A stretch of DNA of 64,000 nucleotides from Chrysemys picta bellii (lineage: Eukaryota): positions 260,028,001 through 260,092,000 of the forward strand of contig NC_088791.1 in assembly GCF_011386835.1 (NCBI RefSeq), written 5' to 3'. The stretch's first letter is position 1, and each line of letters begins with the position of its first letter. Position numbers and translations under genes: made by a program. Shown piece by piece: positions 38,128-51,829 of this stretch. The notes beneath the pieces are model-generated. The model did not search any database. It was not told the origin of the DNA and saw only the letters and a program-made list of their open reading frames with translations.

Positions 38128-39101
38128 GATGTATCAATCTAACATTTTAGCAAGGCTGCCTTTTACAAGTATCTAGTCTGAATTCTCTGAACAGTCAAAC
38201 CACGATTTGTTATATTCAGAGCTGTTTCATGTGGTCCTCACCTCCCCACCCCACTTTAAATATACAGCAGAAAAATAGCTGTCTAAGAGCTGACAGCACA
38301 GGTTCAAGGAAAAGAAACAGCTGCACAAAAAAGCAAAGAAAATGGAAATAAAAAGGAGAAATTACACATAATTACAAATGGAACTTGAGGAACAAATACA
38401 GATACAACTGAAAAGTAGACATAAAAGGAACAGCTGCACAAAGAATAAAGTAAACAGAAAACTAGATTAAAATAAACATGGAATTTACTTGAAACTGCTA
38501 ACAAAACCAAGAACAAGTAAAAATAAAGATGAAAACCAGGAAACGATGTAAAATGTAGATGTCACCATATTTGAGGCAAAATCATACTTCTCTTCAGCAC
38601 TGCATGAGCCTATGGAAATCCTGAAAACATAACATCTACCCTTTCTTGCACACTGTGGAATTTGGATGTCTGATGCTCTGCTGAACAGGATTTCTAAAAA
38701 CTTTTAGTCACTGAACTTTCTTAGCTGAATGGCGCATCATCTTCTATGAAAACACAGTGCACTCCATGCTCCTTGTCTCTCCTGGCTTTATTGTACCACC
38801 AAGCGGTGTTTAAACAGTCCCATTGTAAGCCACAGAGAATGTACTTTGTGTATCATGAAACTGATTGATATGTGCATGTATACTGCCTGCTATATAGCCC
38901 TTTATTTAAATTTTTATTGCTGTTTCCTCATATGAATAATTCTTTCATGTCATCGGTGGCTTGGAATGTTCAAATAATTCATACAAGTCCATCTTTCTGG
39001 TCCTTCTTTGATGAGATATGCTCAAATGGGTAAAGATGGCAAATCACAATGTGAAATCACAATGTAAAATTCTCCTGAATTTACTGTTCATTTTATCTTG
39101 C

Positions 39102-40240
39102 TAGAATCACAGAAATTAGAGCTCAGAAAGACCTTTTCAGACAACTAGCTCATTCCCCTGCCAGTGCAGAATTATTACCTACCATATATATTCTCCAGTG
39201 CTTTGTCCAGTCCAATTTTAAAATAACTCAGATGATGGGGCTTTCACCACCTCCCGTACAAGACTGTTTACATGTTGACTACACCTTTCTGGTAATAACA
39301 TTTTCCAGATATGTAGCATAATTTTTCTGTTGCTTTATTTCACTCCATTACTCCTAAATATGCCATCTTGTATCATCATAAACAATTCCCCTCCCTTCTT
39401 GGTATTGACATCTTTCAAGTACTTGTAGATAATTATCAGACGCTCCCTTAGTTAATGTTTGCCCAGCCGGCACATATTTAGTTCTTAATCTCTTCCCATA
39501 AATCAAACCTTCCAGCCCCTTATGAGTTTTATTGCTGCTCTCTTTATTACCTCGTGCTCGAGATCGTTCAGTTATTGTGGTGCTTAGACCTGATTATGGT
39601 TTCTAAATGCAATTGCATTAGTGCTTGTAGCAGGCTACACTTCTCTAGCGCCCCCTTGGGGAGAGGATGGGTTCTGCTCCTGTCTCGGAATCCAGGACAC
39701 AGCCTTTCGGCTGTGCTGTTCAAGGTGTCGGCCCTGTTGTGGGGTGAAGTTAACCTATTCCAAACAAAAAAGTCAATATGCTTCTACAGTCCACAAAAAG
39801 CAGAGTCCTAGGCCTTTGGGAAGACAAAGACCAAAAAAAAAAAAAAAGGGAGAGAAAAGTACTGGCATGTCTCCTCTCGGACATGACTTGGGTGGCCAAG
39901 GCTCTCAAGTCATTTCCACAGTCAGTAATCCCTGCTTCCAAGAGCTAGGGGGCTCTGCGTTGCAGTCCTGCTCCTTTGCAGTGCGGCCCTGTGCTCAGCG
40001 GGGATCCTCCCTTTCAAAGACTTGCCCATCTTCAGGCTTGACAAGCCTCTAAGGGTGTGATGGGTTGAGGCTGATTGTAGCCAGAGGAGCTCTTTAATCC
40101 TTTCCTCACTGGAAATGATTATTTACCACTCTGCCAATATTTGTGTTAGCAGCAAATTTTCTCAGCAGTGATTTTATATTTACTTCCAGATCACTGGTGA
40201 ATATATTCAATAACATCAGGCTTAGAACTGATCCCTGCAG
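39102..40240 (-). mobile_element. Ancient CR1 LINE fragments (~39102-39600 and ~40118-40240), interrupted
   Basis: Begins with a reverse-complement CR1 tail (tagaatcacagaa). The distal piece encodes minus-strand RT motif GSVLSLMLLNIFTSDLEVNIKSLLRKFAAN, homologous to 50870-50973. Confidence 0.7.
39626..40110. mobile_element. Possible LTR-derived insert within the CR1
   Basis: Starts TGTAGCAGG like the other Gypsy-type LTRs; right end unclear. Confidence 0.35.
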
Positions 40241-40261
40241 AGCCACAATTTCCTATTCTAC

Positions 40262-40480
40262 AAACTTTCTCCCTTCCATTTACAGCATCCAAAATGCTGC
40301 ACCAAGCTCATCATTTTTTTCTAGCCACTCCAAACATGTCTCCATTATCACCTCTTGTATCCCTGCACTGGCTTCCCCCACTTTCCTGCATTAAATTCAA
40401 GTTACCCTTCCCATTCAACAAATCCAACCCCACCCACATATACCATGTCTCCTGTTCCCTCCAATCTATCAAAGCCTCTC
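40262..40480 (+). mobile_element. L2 LINE ORF2 C-terminal fragment
   Basis: Remnant ...SIQNAA...SLHWLP...IKFKL, typical of the L2 ORF2 end. Confidence 0.7.
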
Positions 40481-40841
40481 TTGTTAGCTCAGTTTGTCTC
40501 CTACTTCCAATACTGTGATGGTATTTACTTACACCTAGGCAAAACTAATCAACTAGATCTTAATTTATCTACACAGTGTTCCTTTAACATTCTAACAGGT
40601 CTGTTATCCCAGAGGGGCCTGATCCAAAGCCCACCGAAGGCAATGGCAAGTCTCAAACACTTAATGGGCTCTGCATCAGATCCTAGATACTTCTTTATTC
40701 ATATTTATTTTAATAGATACTGAGACTGGATTTACCAGGAAGCAATAGCCAGAACTGCTATTCCCCTTCTGCCCCCACAAAGATTGGTTCCATATTTGAT
40801 TTTTTTCAGTCCTCAGTACCTGGGATACACATCGTCTAGAC

Positions 40842-41174
40842 CAGGGATTGGCAATCTTTGGCATGCGGCCCGTCAGTGAAATCCGCTGGCAGGCCGGGAC
40901 GGTTTCTTTACCTGCAGCGTCTGCAGGTTCGGCCGATCGTAGCTCCGACTGGCCGCGGTTTGCCCTTCCAGGCCAAAGGAGGCTGTGGGAAGTGGCGGCC
41001 AGCATATCCCTCAGCCTGCGCCGCTTCCCGCAGCCCCCATTGGCCAGGAATAGCAAACCGCAGCCAGTGGGAGCCGCGATCAGCTGAACCTGCAGATGCT
41101 GCAGGTAAACAAACCGTCCTGGCCCGTCAGTGTATTTCCCTGACGGGCCACATGCCAAAGGCTGCCGATCCCTG
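40842..41174. mobile_element. hAT (Buster/Charlie-type) MITE
   Basis: TIRs CAGGGATTGGCAA / CTGCCGATCCCTG; perfect TSD GTCTAGAC. Same family as 44908-45161 and 63581-63863. Confidence 0.93.
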
Positions 41175-41530
41175 GTCTAGACCTACTGGCTTCTCCAAGC
41201 AACTTCTTTCTTTCTTAAATTAAAAGCTAAATGGACAAATCAATCATTACTTCTTAAGGCCAGACATTGCCATCCTTATTCACTCTGGGTAGTATCTTAC
41301 TTTGTCAGCAAAGCAATTGAGTTCAAAGGGACTTATTATCTGAATAAGTTGATATTTAGTGTAAGGCTGGCAGAATCTGGTACTCATTATTTATACCTTT
41401 TTTCTAAATTACTTTTTATTACAAACTGATTTTATAATGTAAACACGTATCTCAGTAATGTTTAGATTCATCACTAATTTAACTGCTCTTTAATAGGCCC
41501 ACTTTCTTAGTATTTCTTTCTCCCTAAATA

Positions 41531-42199
41531 CACCTCTACCCCGATATAACACGGTTCTTGGGAGCCAGAAAATCTCACCGTGTTATAGGTGAGACTGCAT
41601 TACATCGGGGTAGGGAGAGGAACCGCTTTTACCGCTCCCCGCCCCAGCTTCTCCCCCGACCCAGGCTTGCCACGCCAATCAGCTGTTTGGCCTGGCAAGC
41701 CTGGAGGCGGGGGGGAGGAGTGGAGCGGTGGCAGCACGCTCAGGGGAGGAGGCGGAGATGAGCTGGAGTGGAGACCAGTTCCTCTGCGCCCCCCCCATTA
41801 CTTGCTGCGGCCCTCCCCGGGGCCCCCTCCACTGCAGCTCACCTCCGCTCCACCTCCTCCCACGAACGCGCCGCTCAGCTCCGCTTCTCCTCCCTCTCAG
41901 GCTTGCTGCGCAAAACAGCTGATTGACACGGCAAGCCTGGGAGGAAGGGGGGAGAAGCGGAGCTGCGGCGCGCTCGTGGGAGGGGGCGGAGCAGAGGTGA
42001 GCTGGGGCAGGGGGGGGACTGGGAGGGCCGCAGCAAGTAACGGGGGGGGGGGGAAGAGGCTGGAGCGCAGAGGAACCACTTGCGGTAACACAAATTCGGA
42101 TATAACGAGGTAAAGCAGCCCCGTCCCCCGGAGCGCTGCTTTACCGCGTTATATCCGAATTCGCGTTATATTGGACCACATTATATCGGGTTAGAGGTG
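41531..42199. mobile_element. Tc1/mariner (Tigger/pogo-like) MITE with GC-rich hairpin core
   Basis: TIRs CACCTCTACCCCGATATAA / TTATATCGGGTTAGAGGTG; TA on both sides. Confidence 0.88.
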
Positions 42200-42733
42200 T
42201 ATATGTAAAATCCCTGATTATTTTCCATTATTCCCTTTGGCTACCATTAACTGATTCTACTTTTTTTGCTTCCTTTTTTTGTTCCCAGAAAACTGTTACT
42301 GATTTTGAATTTTATTGTTTGTATCTAATAGAGGTTTTTGGGGGTTTTTTACTCTCAGAGTTGCTTGGATGCTTCTTTTTCCTAGTATGTATCTTTTCCA
42401 GGGGAATTCGTCTATTTCACCTTAATAATAGTATCTTTTAGAATACTCCAGTTCTCTCTCCCTTGCACTCCTGGATCTTAATCCTTCCCCGCAGTGCAGC
42501 ATTCTCATATTTACTCAACTATTTGTTTTCCTACAATCTAATACCTATGTACTGCTGTGTTCCATGAATCCATTCCTAACAAAGCTAAATTCAAGCAGCT
42601 GACACTGGTACCAAGATGCGTTGTTGCTTTCATATTCTAAATCCATTTCTCCCTATTGGTAAGAAATAGATCCAACTGGCTTCTCCACAGGTTAGAGTCT
42701 CTATTTTCTTGAATAAGTCTGCATAACTAAGAA

Positions 42734-43144
42734 CAGTGGCTCTCACTCTTTCCAGACTATGGTACCCCTTTCAGGAGTCTGATTTGTCTTGCGTACCCCA
42801 AGTTTCACCTCACGTAAAAACTACTTGTTTACAAAATCAGACATAAAAATACAAAAGTGTCACAGCCCACTATTACTGAAAAACTGCTTACGTTCTCATT
42901 TTTATTATATAATTATCAAATAAATCAATTGGAATATAAATATTGCACTCAGATTTCAGTGCATAGTATATAAAGCAGTTTAAACAAGTCATTGTCTTCA
43001 TGAAATTTTAGTTTGTCCTGACTTTGTTAGTGCTTTTTATGTAGCCTGTTGTAAAACTAGCCAACTATCTAGATGAGTTGATGTACCCCCTGGAAAACCT
43101 CTGCATACCCCCAGGGTACACATACCCCTGGTAGAGAACCACTG
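42734..43144. mobile_element. hAT-Charlie-like MITE (family of 29544-29933)
   Basis: CAGTGGCTCTCA / AGAGAACCACTG; degenerate TSD ACTAAGAA/ACTTAGAG. Confidence 0.88.
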
Positions 43145-44907
43145 ACTTAGAGCACTGTTGGATGAAAGCTAGTTTGCTATATTTGTTACCCAACAGATGT
43201 CTGCATAGTTAAACTCCCTTACAGTAATTTCCATTTTGAGATTACAAGAATTCTGTAAAACAGATTTTTCAGCCTTATGCTCTTTATTCATGAACATTTA
43301 TTGTATCTTATTATATTTTCATGAATGAACTCAGAATTCTAATAACTGTGCAGATCATATGTAGCTAAAAGGGACTGATATATTTTCCTAATTTAATTTT
43401 TTGTCCAGCCTACTTCATTAAAATGTTGTTAGTGCTGTTTGTAATCCTAATGAAACTTTACAAATCTAGCAGGCTCTTGGGCAGTAGAACAATAAATGTA
43501 TAGGATGTATTTTAATGTTATTGTTTTGGAGGAAAATAGGTTTTAATATTTATTTTTCTCTTTCTCTCTATTTGCCCATTTCTGACTCCATCCCCTGGCT
43601 TCAGTCTCAGGACATGGGGACACAGATCTAGTTTGCCAGGAATGGGGGCTGGCAGCTTGGAAGGTAATTTTTTTCTACTCTAGAAGAGGGATCCAGATTC
43701 TAGATGTGTTGGGAGCACTTGGTGAAAGAAGGATGCTGGGATCTGTTGGTTATAGCAACAGCCCCTTATTTGTACATGGGGAGGCAGAGAGGAAAAAGGC
43801 TGGAGAGAAGGGTCCTAATAGAGATTGGGCCAAGAGAGGAAATTGCTGAGAAGTAGAGAAATTGCTCGGTGGATCTAGACAAGGGAACCTGCTCAGCATT
43901 CCTCCTCTCAGCAACTGTCCGGCCTCCCCTAGGGGAGCGGAGGAGAAAGCAGCAGACAGCAGATTCTCACCAACTATTGTCAATCACCTTTGGAGTTGTC
44001 AGCCCCAGTTCTGGGCCAACAAGATCAGCCTCTTACATCATGGAGCCGCAGTCAGAAAGAAAGGCCATTGAGAGGGAAATAGAAATAAAAAATATTTTAA
44101 AATAACACTTTCCCTGCACTAAGTTTAAAAAATAATCCCCAGACCCCAGTAACTATTGTTTTACTCCCCTGGAGTTTTGGGGTGTAAGAAGTTTCATTAG
44201 GAGATAAGATCACTCTTCACACATAGGGTTACTCAGTCAGAAATGTACCAGTTTCTGGAACATAAACAAAAAACACATACACAGAAAAAGACCCATTCCT
44301 CACCAATGATCACCCATATGTAATCACATGTAGCATAGGAAAATTCAACATTAGTAATAGTGGCCTCCAGTAAATATTGCAAAACTTCTCAGACAGGAAA
44401 AAGCTTAAAACTGATGGTGCTGTACTACAGTGACACCACTAAGCAGCCCCTCAGCTTCTTAGTCTTCCACCAGCCTAAAAGTTAATATAGCAAATCACTC
44501 TAAAGGCAGTTTCTTCTTGAAATCTAAGGGTTTGTGACCCACATAGAAAGACTCAAACCTATAATAAAACAAAGAAACAAAAATAAATGAAAATTTAGCT
44601 TGGCTGTCAGGATCCCCAACTGACTTCACCCAGAGCGGTTAGTGAAGAAGTGTTGTCTCTCTCACTAGTGTTTCTGAAATGTGAGACACTTCATTTGTTT
44701 CTGCATCAATAAAACTATCTTTATTACTAGTATTAAAATCACAACACTTAATACTTAACAGTTACCATACTATTACTGTAATATAACAGCAACTTTAATT
44801 AATGGATGTGGTGAAATAATCCTGGAGATAGTCATAGACTAACATTATTATTATAAGATGACAATTTCCTAGTTCTGGTGGTATTTTTCCTGCCCGAAAC
44901 ACTACGG

Positions 44908-45161
44908 CAGGGATCGGCAACCTTTGGCACGTGGCCCGTCAGGGAAATCCGCTGGCAGGCTGGGACAGTTTGCGGGAAGCGGCGGCCAGCACATCCCATG
45001 GCCCGCGCCACTTCCCGCAGTTGCCATTGGCCTGGAATGGTGAACCACGGCCAGTGGGAGCTGCGATCGGCCGAACCTGCAGACACGGCAGGTAAACAAA
45101 CTGTCCCGGCCCACCAGCGGATTTCCCTTATGGGCTGTGTGCCAAAGGTTGCCAATCCCTG
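44908..45161. mobile_element. hAT MITE (family of 40842-41174)
   Basis: CAGGGATCGGCAACC / GGTTGCCAATCCCTG; TSD CACTACGG/CACTATGC. Confidence 0.9.
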
Positions 45162-45548
45162 CACTATGCGCTGAGTATCATTTTCCCCTTATTTTCTATG
45201 GCATGTTTCTCTTTTATTTTCACTTTGCTTCTTTCTGCATTTTTTTTACAATGTAAAGCAATGAACAATAGTTTTATGACATGAGGAATGCAGTTTTACA
45301 TTATAGTTCCTTATCATTTTTCATATTTAATTGTAATTGTTAGTGCTTTTTGCCTTCATAAAAAGTATGGATTTTACATGTTCCAAGCACTTCCATATTC
45401 TGCTCTCACTGAAATCAAATTTCGCTGACTCCAACTAGAGCAGGCTCAGGCTCTAGATAACCAGTATTTAAACAGCTCCAATGCAGTGGACCCAACTCCA
45501 CTTCCATTAAAATCAAAGCCATTGGCTTTAACAGGAGTTGGAATAGAC

Positions 45549-45868
45549 CTGGGGTTCTCAAACTGTGGTTCGGGAGCCCAAAGTGGGTGGGACCCCATTT
45601 TAATGGGGTTGCAAGGTTGTTGTTCGCCCTGGGCCCCAGCAAGTCTGAAGTCCAATACCAAGCCCCACCATCCAGGGCTGAAGCCCAAGCCCCACTGCCC
45701 AGGGCTAAGGCTACATGCCTCCCGCCCAGGGCAGAAGCCCTTGAGCTTCAGCTTCTCCCCCTCTCTCCCCGATGGGCTCGGTCTTTGGTCCCCCCCCCGC
45801 CCCAGGGTTGTGTAGTAATTTTTGTTGTCAGAAGGGGGTCATGGTGCAATGAAGTTTGGGAACCGCTG
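45549..45868. mobile_element. hAT-Charlie-like MITE
   Basis: CTGGGGTTCTCAAAC / GTTTGGGAACCGCTG; TSD GAATAGAC/GACTAGAC. Confidence 0.85.
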
Positions 45869-46089
45869 GACTAGACCCTATGTCTTTGTATCATCTGACC
45901 CCATCAATATGATTGAGCATCATACTTATTGCCTAGGAGAGACAGAGACTTGGATAAAAGCTAGCTGCTGAGACTCAATTTCACAGAACACTTATGTGAT
46001 GGTTATAGGTTGAGGAAAGCAATTGTAAAAATAGCAATGATTGTACAAGCTCCCCTGATAGAAGAGCTTTGCTAGCCATTTGTTTGTAG

Positions 46090-46332
46090 GGCCTATTCTA
46101 CACTAGAAAAGGTTTGCCCTTCTAGTGCAGATGCAGCTTATACAAGCTTAAGTGTGTTTTTGCCAGTATAGCTTATACCAGTTCCTCAAATGAAATAAGC
46201 TATATCAGCAAAACATTTTTTTCCAGTACAACTGTTTCTACACTAGGGCATTTACCAGTATAGAAATGTCATAAAAACCTCACACCCCTAACCAATATTG
46301 TAATGGCAACGGTTTCTAGTGTAGACTTGGCC
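46090..46332. mobile_element. Harbinger-type MITE
   Basis: GGCCTATTCTACACT / AGTGTAGACTTGGCC followed by TAA. Confidence 0.75.
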
Positions 46333-46375
46333 TAAGGTTTACAATTTGGTGGCCTTATTGGATTCACTGCTGTGT

Positions 46376-46770
46376 CATAAGAACATAAGAGCTGCCATAC
46401 TGGGTCAGACCATGGTCAGTCTTGTCCATCTCTCACAGTAGCCCATACCAGAGCTTCAGGGGGAATGTACAGAACAAGGCAATTATGGAATGATCCATCC
46501 CTGTCTTCCACTCCCAACTTCTGGTAGTCACCCTGAGTGTGGGGTAGTGTCTTTGACCATCTTGACTAATAGCCATTGATGGAACTCTCCTCCATGAACT
46601 CATCTAGTTCTTTTTTTGAACACAGTTATACTTTTGGCCATCACAACTTCCCCTGGCAATGCGTTACACAGGTTAGTTGTGTACTGTGTGAAAAAGCACT
46701 TCCTCTTGTTTGTATTAAACCTGCTGCCTATTAATTTCATTTGGTTTGTATTGTTTTAAATTTCCTGGGT
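46376..46770 (-). mobile_element. CR1 LINE 3' fragment
   Basis: Starts CATAAGAACATAAGA (reverse complement of a CR1 TTCTTATG tail), followed by CR1 3' UTR. Confidence 0.8.
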
Positions 46771-47689
46771 TTTGTATGAAAGGGTAAATGTCCAACGTTA
46801 GGGCATTGAACCATTTTAAATTATACAAGTATAGTTAAAATGGCACACCCTTTCTGTGTAGGCAAAGCCTATGTGCTCCAGCCCAGGACACTGGTCTCTA
46901 GAATTTCTCAATTATACCAGAAAGTAGTGAGATGTAACTTCAATGTACTTTCCAGTGTACAAGACTCTGATTTTATTTACAATCTTCTGGGTTACTAATT
47001 CAGTACATCAATTATTTCATTGATTGTGAACTGGAACAATGTTCATTCAATAAACCAAATGAATCTGTAGTGGAGATAGTTTCAGTAAAATTATATCTGG
47101 GGTAATATCTAAACCCTGGACAGCATATACATTTGATGAAAAGCAGAATGAAGTACCTTCTCCTAACCGATATGCTGACTGTACAGAAACTTGGCAGAGG
47201 CAATACTTACTCTACAAGTAGGAAAAGATTGAGGTGAGTAAGAGAGGACATTTAAGAGATAACGAAGAAAGTTATATGTTCAAAAAGGATAAATCTGTAC
47301 TTGGGTACAATGCACACACACACACACAAAAAGGACTGAAAAACATGTCACATTAACTAGACAAGGAAAATTTACAATCTCACATTGAGGTAACCAAGTG
47401 GTCAACCCAATCGTTGTCTTAGATTCAGGGTCCCAGCAATGGACAAGTGGAAGCAAACTGTATTTTGATGTCCTTTCATTACTAACACGGAAAAGTTGAT
47501 ATATAGCCCTCTAGCACTTAATGTTCTTGGAGGGAGTGACAATCTGTTTATCCTCACAGCAAACATTAAAAAGCTATGCTTAAGATATCAGCTAGAGGAG
47601 AATGAAATTCCAAATTAGTGAAAATTGCTAACCTCCTCAACATACTGCCTATAAAATAACTAAAGACAACATGCAAGTGATAACATTTT

Positions 47690-48260
47690 ACATGGGGACA
47701 GTGCCTTTTATTCCAACAGATCTAAAACCATTTTATAAACAGGAATTGCTTCACCCACTTCTGAATGCACCTTCCTCTAAAGCCATTGGTTTAACAGTGT
47801 ATAGTAACAATACACAACAGTTTAAGATAGGAAGCAAAGTCTGGGTCAAATTTATCTCTTTTCTAATTCAATAGCATTAGAGAAGAAATTAATTTGGACA
47901 GCTGTATCAAACTGAAATTGCAGTGGGACTTTGGGTAGACAGGAGGTAATTATCCAGATTGAAATCTGACCAGTACGTAAGGATAAACACATTCCTACTT
48001 TTGTGAAAAGTGCTATGTGATCTTTACTGACATCTACTAGTAAGGCTGGAACTTCTTTTTACATCAGCTGTGAAAAAAAGAATAGCGATGGGCTCAGATG
48101 GAAGAATGCCACTTACTGAGCTACTGATGCCACTTTGTGTAGCATGTTGCGTTTCCCATGAAGGCTTCCCAAAGGTACTGCCCAGCCCAACTCTGCTTAG
48201 CTTCTATTCTATTCTTTATAGGTTCTTCTAGCTTGTGAGTTCTGACAAGGTCACAGACAG
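47690..48260 (-). mobile_element. AmnSINE1 (5S rRNA-derived, Deu-domain SINE)
   Basis: Minus-strand head ...gaccttgtcagaactcacaagct...gaagctaagcagagttgggctgggcagtacc (5S-like) followed by gtggcattcttccatctgag; 3' part matches the recalled AmnSINE1 tail. Confidence 0.7.
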
Positions 48261-49617
48261 AGGTGACATCTCATAACTGCAGGGTGCAGATAATTATTTT
48301 CACAATTAGCCTTTCCAGGTTTAAATGTAAAATCATTAAAATCAAAGTTAATGCTATACTATAAACACATCTAGCCTGCTGCATAGACCTTTACTGATTA
48401 CTCAAATTCTCACTTTCACTGTAGAGGAGGAGGGAAAGGGCCTAATAAAATTAACTATATGGTTTTCAGAGTCCACAAATGTGAAAAAATGTCAAAATGT
48501 TATAAGAAAATTGGAAAACGAGATTTAAGCAACCAGAGAATCTGCAAAGCTATCATATTTTGTTCATGCTTTAATACCAGCTTAACTATAGCCTGGTAAT
48601 CGTTGGAGTATGTAGCAAAATTCTCATTGTCACTGTGACATCTGCTATCGACAAGCAGAAATTATATGCTCCGGAATTCTCTGCTGGTAAGTTTAGTCTA
48701 TAGATCTTCAGATCTGCTTGAGTTTCGGTACTGCTGAACCAGGAGAAATGGGTTTTTCCTGTTTCATGTGGATAGCCAGCAGTGTTACTGAGATCTATCA
48801 CATACATTGCACAGACAGCAAAGCCAGGTTTCTGAACGACGCATTTTAAGAGCATAATCTTTCATGCTGCTTAGTCACCAAGCTGACTACTGTTTCCTGC
48901 CCCCATCATAAATAATCAACCAGCCTATGACCAGTTTTGATGACATGCAATCCACTCCAGTGGCACAGCTTTAAGGAGGTATCAAACACCGTTGCACAGA
49001 CAATATTGATTTTCACCTTCCAGCTTATTGATTAATATGGAAACCTACTGCAGATTGCTCATTGCATTTAAATATTTGCCGCCATGTAGAAAATGTTTAG
49101 ATGCCTCATGGCATTTGTTCTCAACAAGGCTCAATACCACAAATAAAAATGGGATTTAAAAAAAAAGCTGTTTCCTCCCCCCAGATACAGGCTGGAATAC
49201 TTACACTGTAACCTCAGTCAGCCACTCTGTATTCTCAAGGGGCAGCACAGATCAAGACTGTCACAAATCAATACAACTGATATGATTTATTTATTTTCTA
49301 TTTTGGCATTCCTACTTCAAAGAAAGTGAAGAGCAATTTCTGTGTGTTTGTTTGGCTGGGCTAACTATGTTATTGGGAAGACACCGAACTGATCAATAGC
49401 AAAGGTGCAGTGTTGTAAAATCCTGTGGCTGGTCTTCCCAAAACTCTTTTAAGACTTCTGTATTCTGTTCTTTTAAAGGATTGGGAGATTGGAACTATAA
49501 GGATGTGGCCAGCCTAAGGAAGATCAAGAGATGTAAAAAGTTAATGCTCAGCTACATCATAGAAATTCACTTCTTGATATCTCATAGTCATAATAAATAA
49601 TAGCTACAACACATAGG

Positions 49618-49910
49618 TAGAGCTGGCTGGAAAGCGGAAATCCTTTTCCATGAAAAATGACACATTTTTGGGTGCACTGGTGAGGCTAGTGGCAGGATAG
49701 TGGAGAGCCAGTGTGCTCAACTTCCTAGAGTCTGCTGGCAGGCAGAAAGTGAAATTGACAAGAGACTTCCAGATGGGCAGGCAGGTAATTGTTATTTTGA
49801 TTTTCTTGATGGAAAATCAATTTTGGTCCCAAAACTGAAAATTTTCCCATGGAAAAGGACCCTTTCTGTCAGAAAAAATCATTCAGATGGAAAATTCACA
49901 GCTAGCTCTA
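49618..49910. mobile_element. Old MITE, family of 21649-22117
   Basis: TAGAGCTGG / CTAGCTCTA termini; no TSD. Confidence 0.55.
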
Positions 49911-49996
49911 CTTATATAGCAACTTCCATCCGAGAATCCCCCCTATAAAATTGGTGAATATTATTAACCCTATTTTAGAGGCAGAGAAACAGAGGG

Positions 49997-50973
49997 CATA
50001 GAGAATCCATTAGGTCATTTATTCTGACCTCTTCAGGCCATTCATTTTTACGCAGTTACGCCTGTACTGAGCCTCATAATTGTGTTTAACTAAAGCATAT
50101 TTTCTCCAAAAGCAACTTCTAATCTTGATCTGAAGATATCAACAGATGGGGAATCTACCACTTTCCTGGGTAGTTTGTTCCAGTGGCTAGTCATCTTCTG
50201 TTAAAAATTTGTGTCTTGTTTCTAACTTGAATTTGTTTAGTTTCAGCTTCCAGTCATTGGCTCTTTTTATGCCTTTCTGTTGGTAGCATCAAGAGCCCTT
50301 AGGTACATGGTATTTTCTCCCCATGAAGGTACTTAAACACTGTAATCAAGTCTCCTCTCAAACTTCTTTTGATAAACTGAAGAGATTGAGCTCTTTAAGT
50401 CAATTACTGTAAAGTATTTTCTCCAACACTTGAATAGTTTTTGTGGCTCTTTTCTGCACCGTCTCTAGTTCCCCAACATCCTTTTAAAAATGTGGGCACA
50501 GCATTCCGGTATCAGTCTCACCAATGCCATTCTCAGAGGTGAAATCTCCCTATTCTTACTTACTACTCCCCCGCTCTATATATCCAAAGATCTCATTAGT
50601 CCCTTTTTGCCACAGCATCGCACAGGGAACTCATGTTCAGTTGCTTGTTCAATATGACCCCTAAATCCTCTTCAGAGGCACTGCTTTCCAGGACACAAGG
50701 CCCCATTCTGTGGGTATGGCCTGCATTCCTTGTTCCTAGATGTATAAGTTTGCATCTCGCTGTATTAAAACACATGTTGTTTGAATGGGTCCAGCTTACG
50801 AAATGATCCAGATCACTCAGTATGAATGCCCTGTTGTCATTATTTACCACTCCGTCAGTATTTGCGTTATTAGCAAATTTTCCCAGCAGTGATTTTATAT
50901 TTACTTCCAGATCACTGGTGAAAATATTGAACAGCATGTGGCTTAGTACTGACCCCTGAGGACCACCACTAGT
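49997..50973 (-). mobile_element. Old CR1 LINE fragment (RT C-terminus to 3' UTR)
   Basis: Minus ORF remnant LFNIFTSDLEVNIKSLLGKFANN...FNTARCKLIHLG...DLGVILNKQLNMSSLCDAVAK. Confidence 0.85.
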
Positions 50974-51829
50974 GATGTGGTCATTGGAGACTTATTAGAG
51001 TTTGGCACCTACACTCTCTGAAGATTTTATCTGCACTGAGAATGCTCCAACCTAGGGCTGCAGATGCTGAACAGAACTTTCCTTGTAATTGATCCTCCCA
51101 GTTGCCAGAGGCAGCTGTGAAGATGGGCACTAGAATAGAGAGAAGGGAGATTATCTCTTCTGTGCTCACTCAGGCAGCATGAAAGAGGATGAAGCAGCCT
51201 CTCTAGAATGCAGAAGGTTGAGAAGCAGAGGGGAAAGACTGGAAGGATGGGGGAAGGGACAGGCTAATTTTAAACTCCCTTAAAAATGCTACTAAAAATT
51301 GTTTCCGTAAAATATATGGCATATATATATATAATGCAGGAGTCTGTGGGATAAAGGCATGGTATTGGCATGAGGTTAGTATAACCTTCATAAAACTTAT
51401 TTGTCTCTTCACCACTCAGGAATAATGCAGTCATTATCCAAACTCAAGTCAATAAAACCTTTATGCCATACATCACTTTGTCTGCATACAGCCACATGTA
51501 TATATGTATGTGAATCTATCACGTGCATGCTCATGTGCACTGATTTATAAGTGTTCTGTAAGTATACATTTTTATAGCAAAATAAGCCATGGCATCATGT
51601 TGAAAATCTTCCAAACAGAACATGCCATCTCTCAAGAATTTCTATAATTTCAATCCAACCATTGGCCCATACAATACAAACATATTCTAGGAAAAGGCTA
51701 TAAAACACCTACAATTAATGATAGGTGACCTCAAGTTTAATTTTCATTGCCTTAATTCTTTAGAATTCCATGCAAGTTTTCAGCCAATTACAAAAACCAT
51801 ATGCACAGTGTCAAACAAAAAGAGCAAGA

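Noticed and set aside
43600-44080. GC-elevated segment, possible LTR or DIRS fragment (similarly 5225-5700)
   Set aside because: I could not identify termini, a TSD or a coding remnant, so it is left unannotated.
48170-48260. 5S rRNA gene or pseudogene
   Set aside because: It is degenerate and continuous with the AmnSINE1 body.
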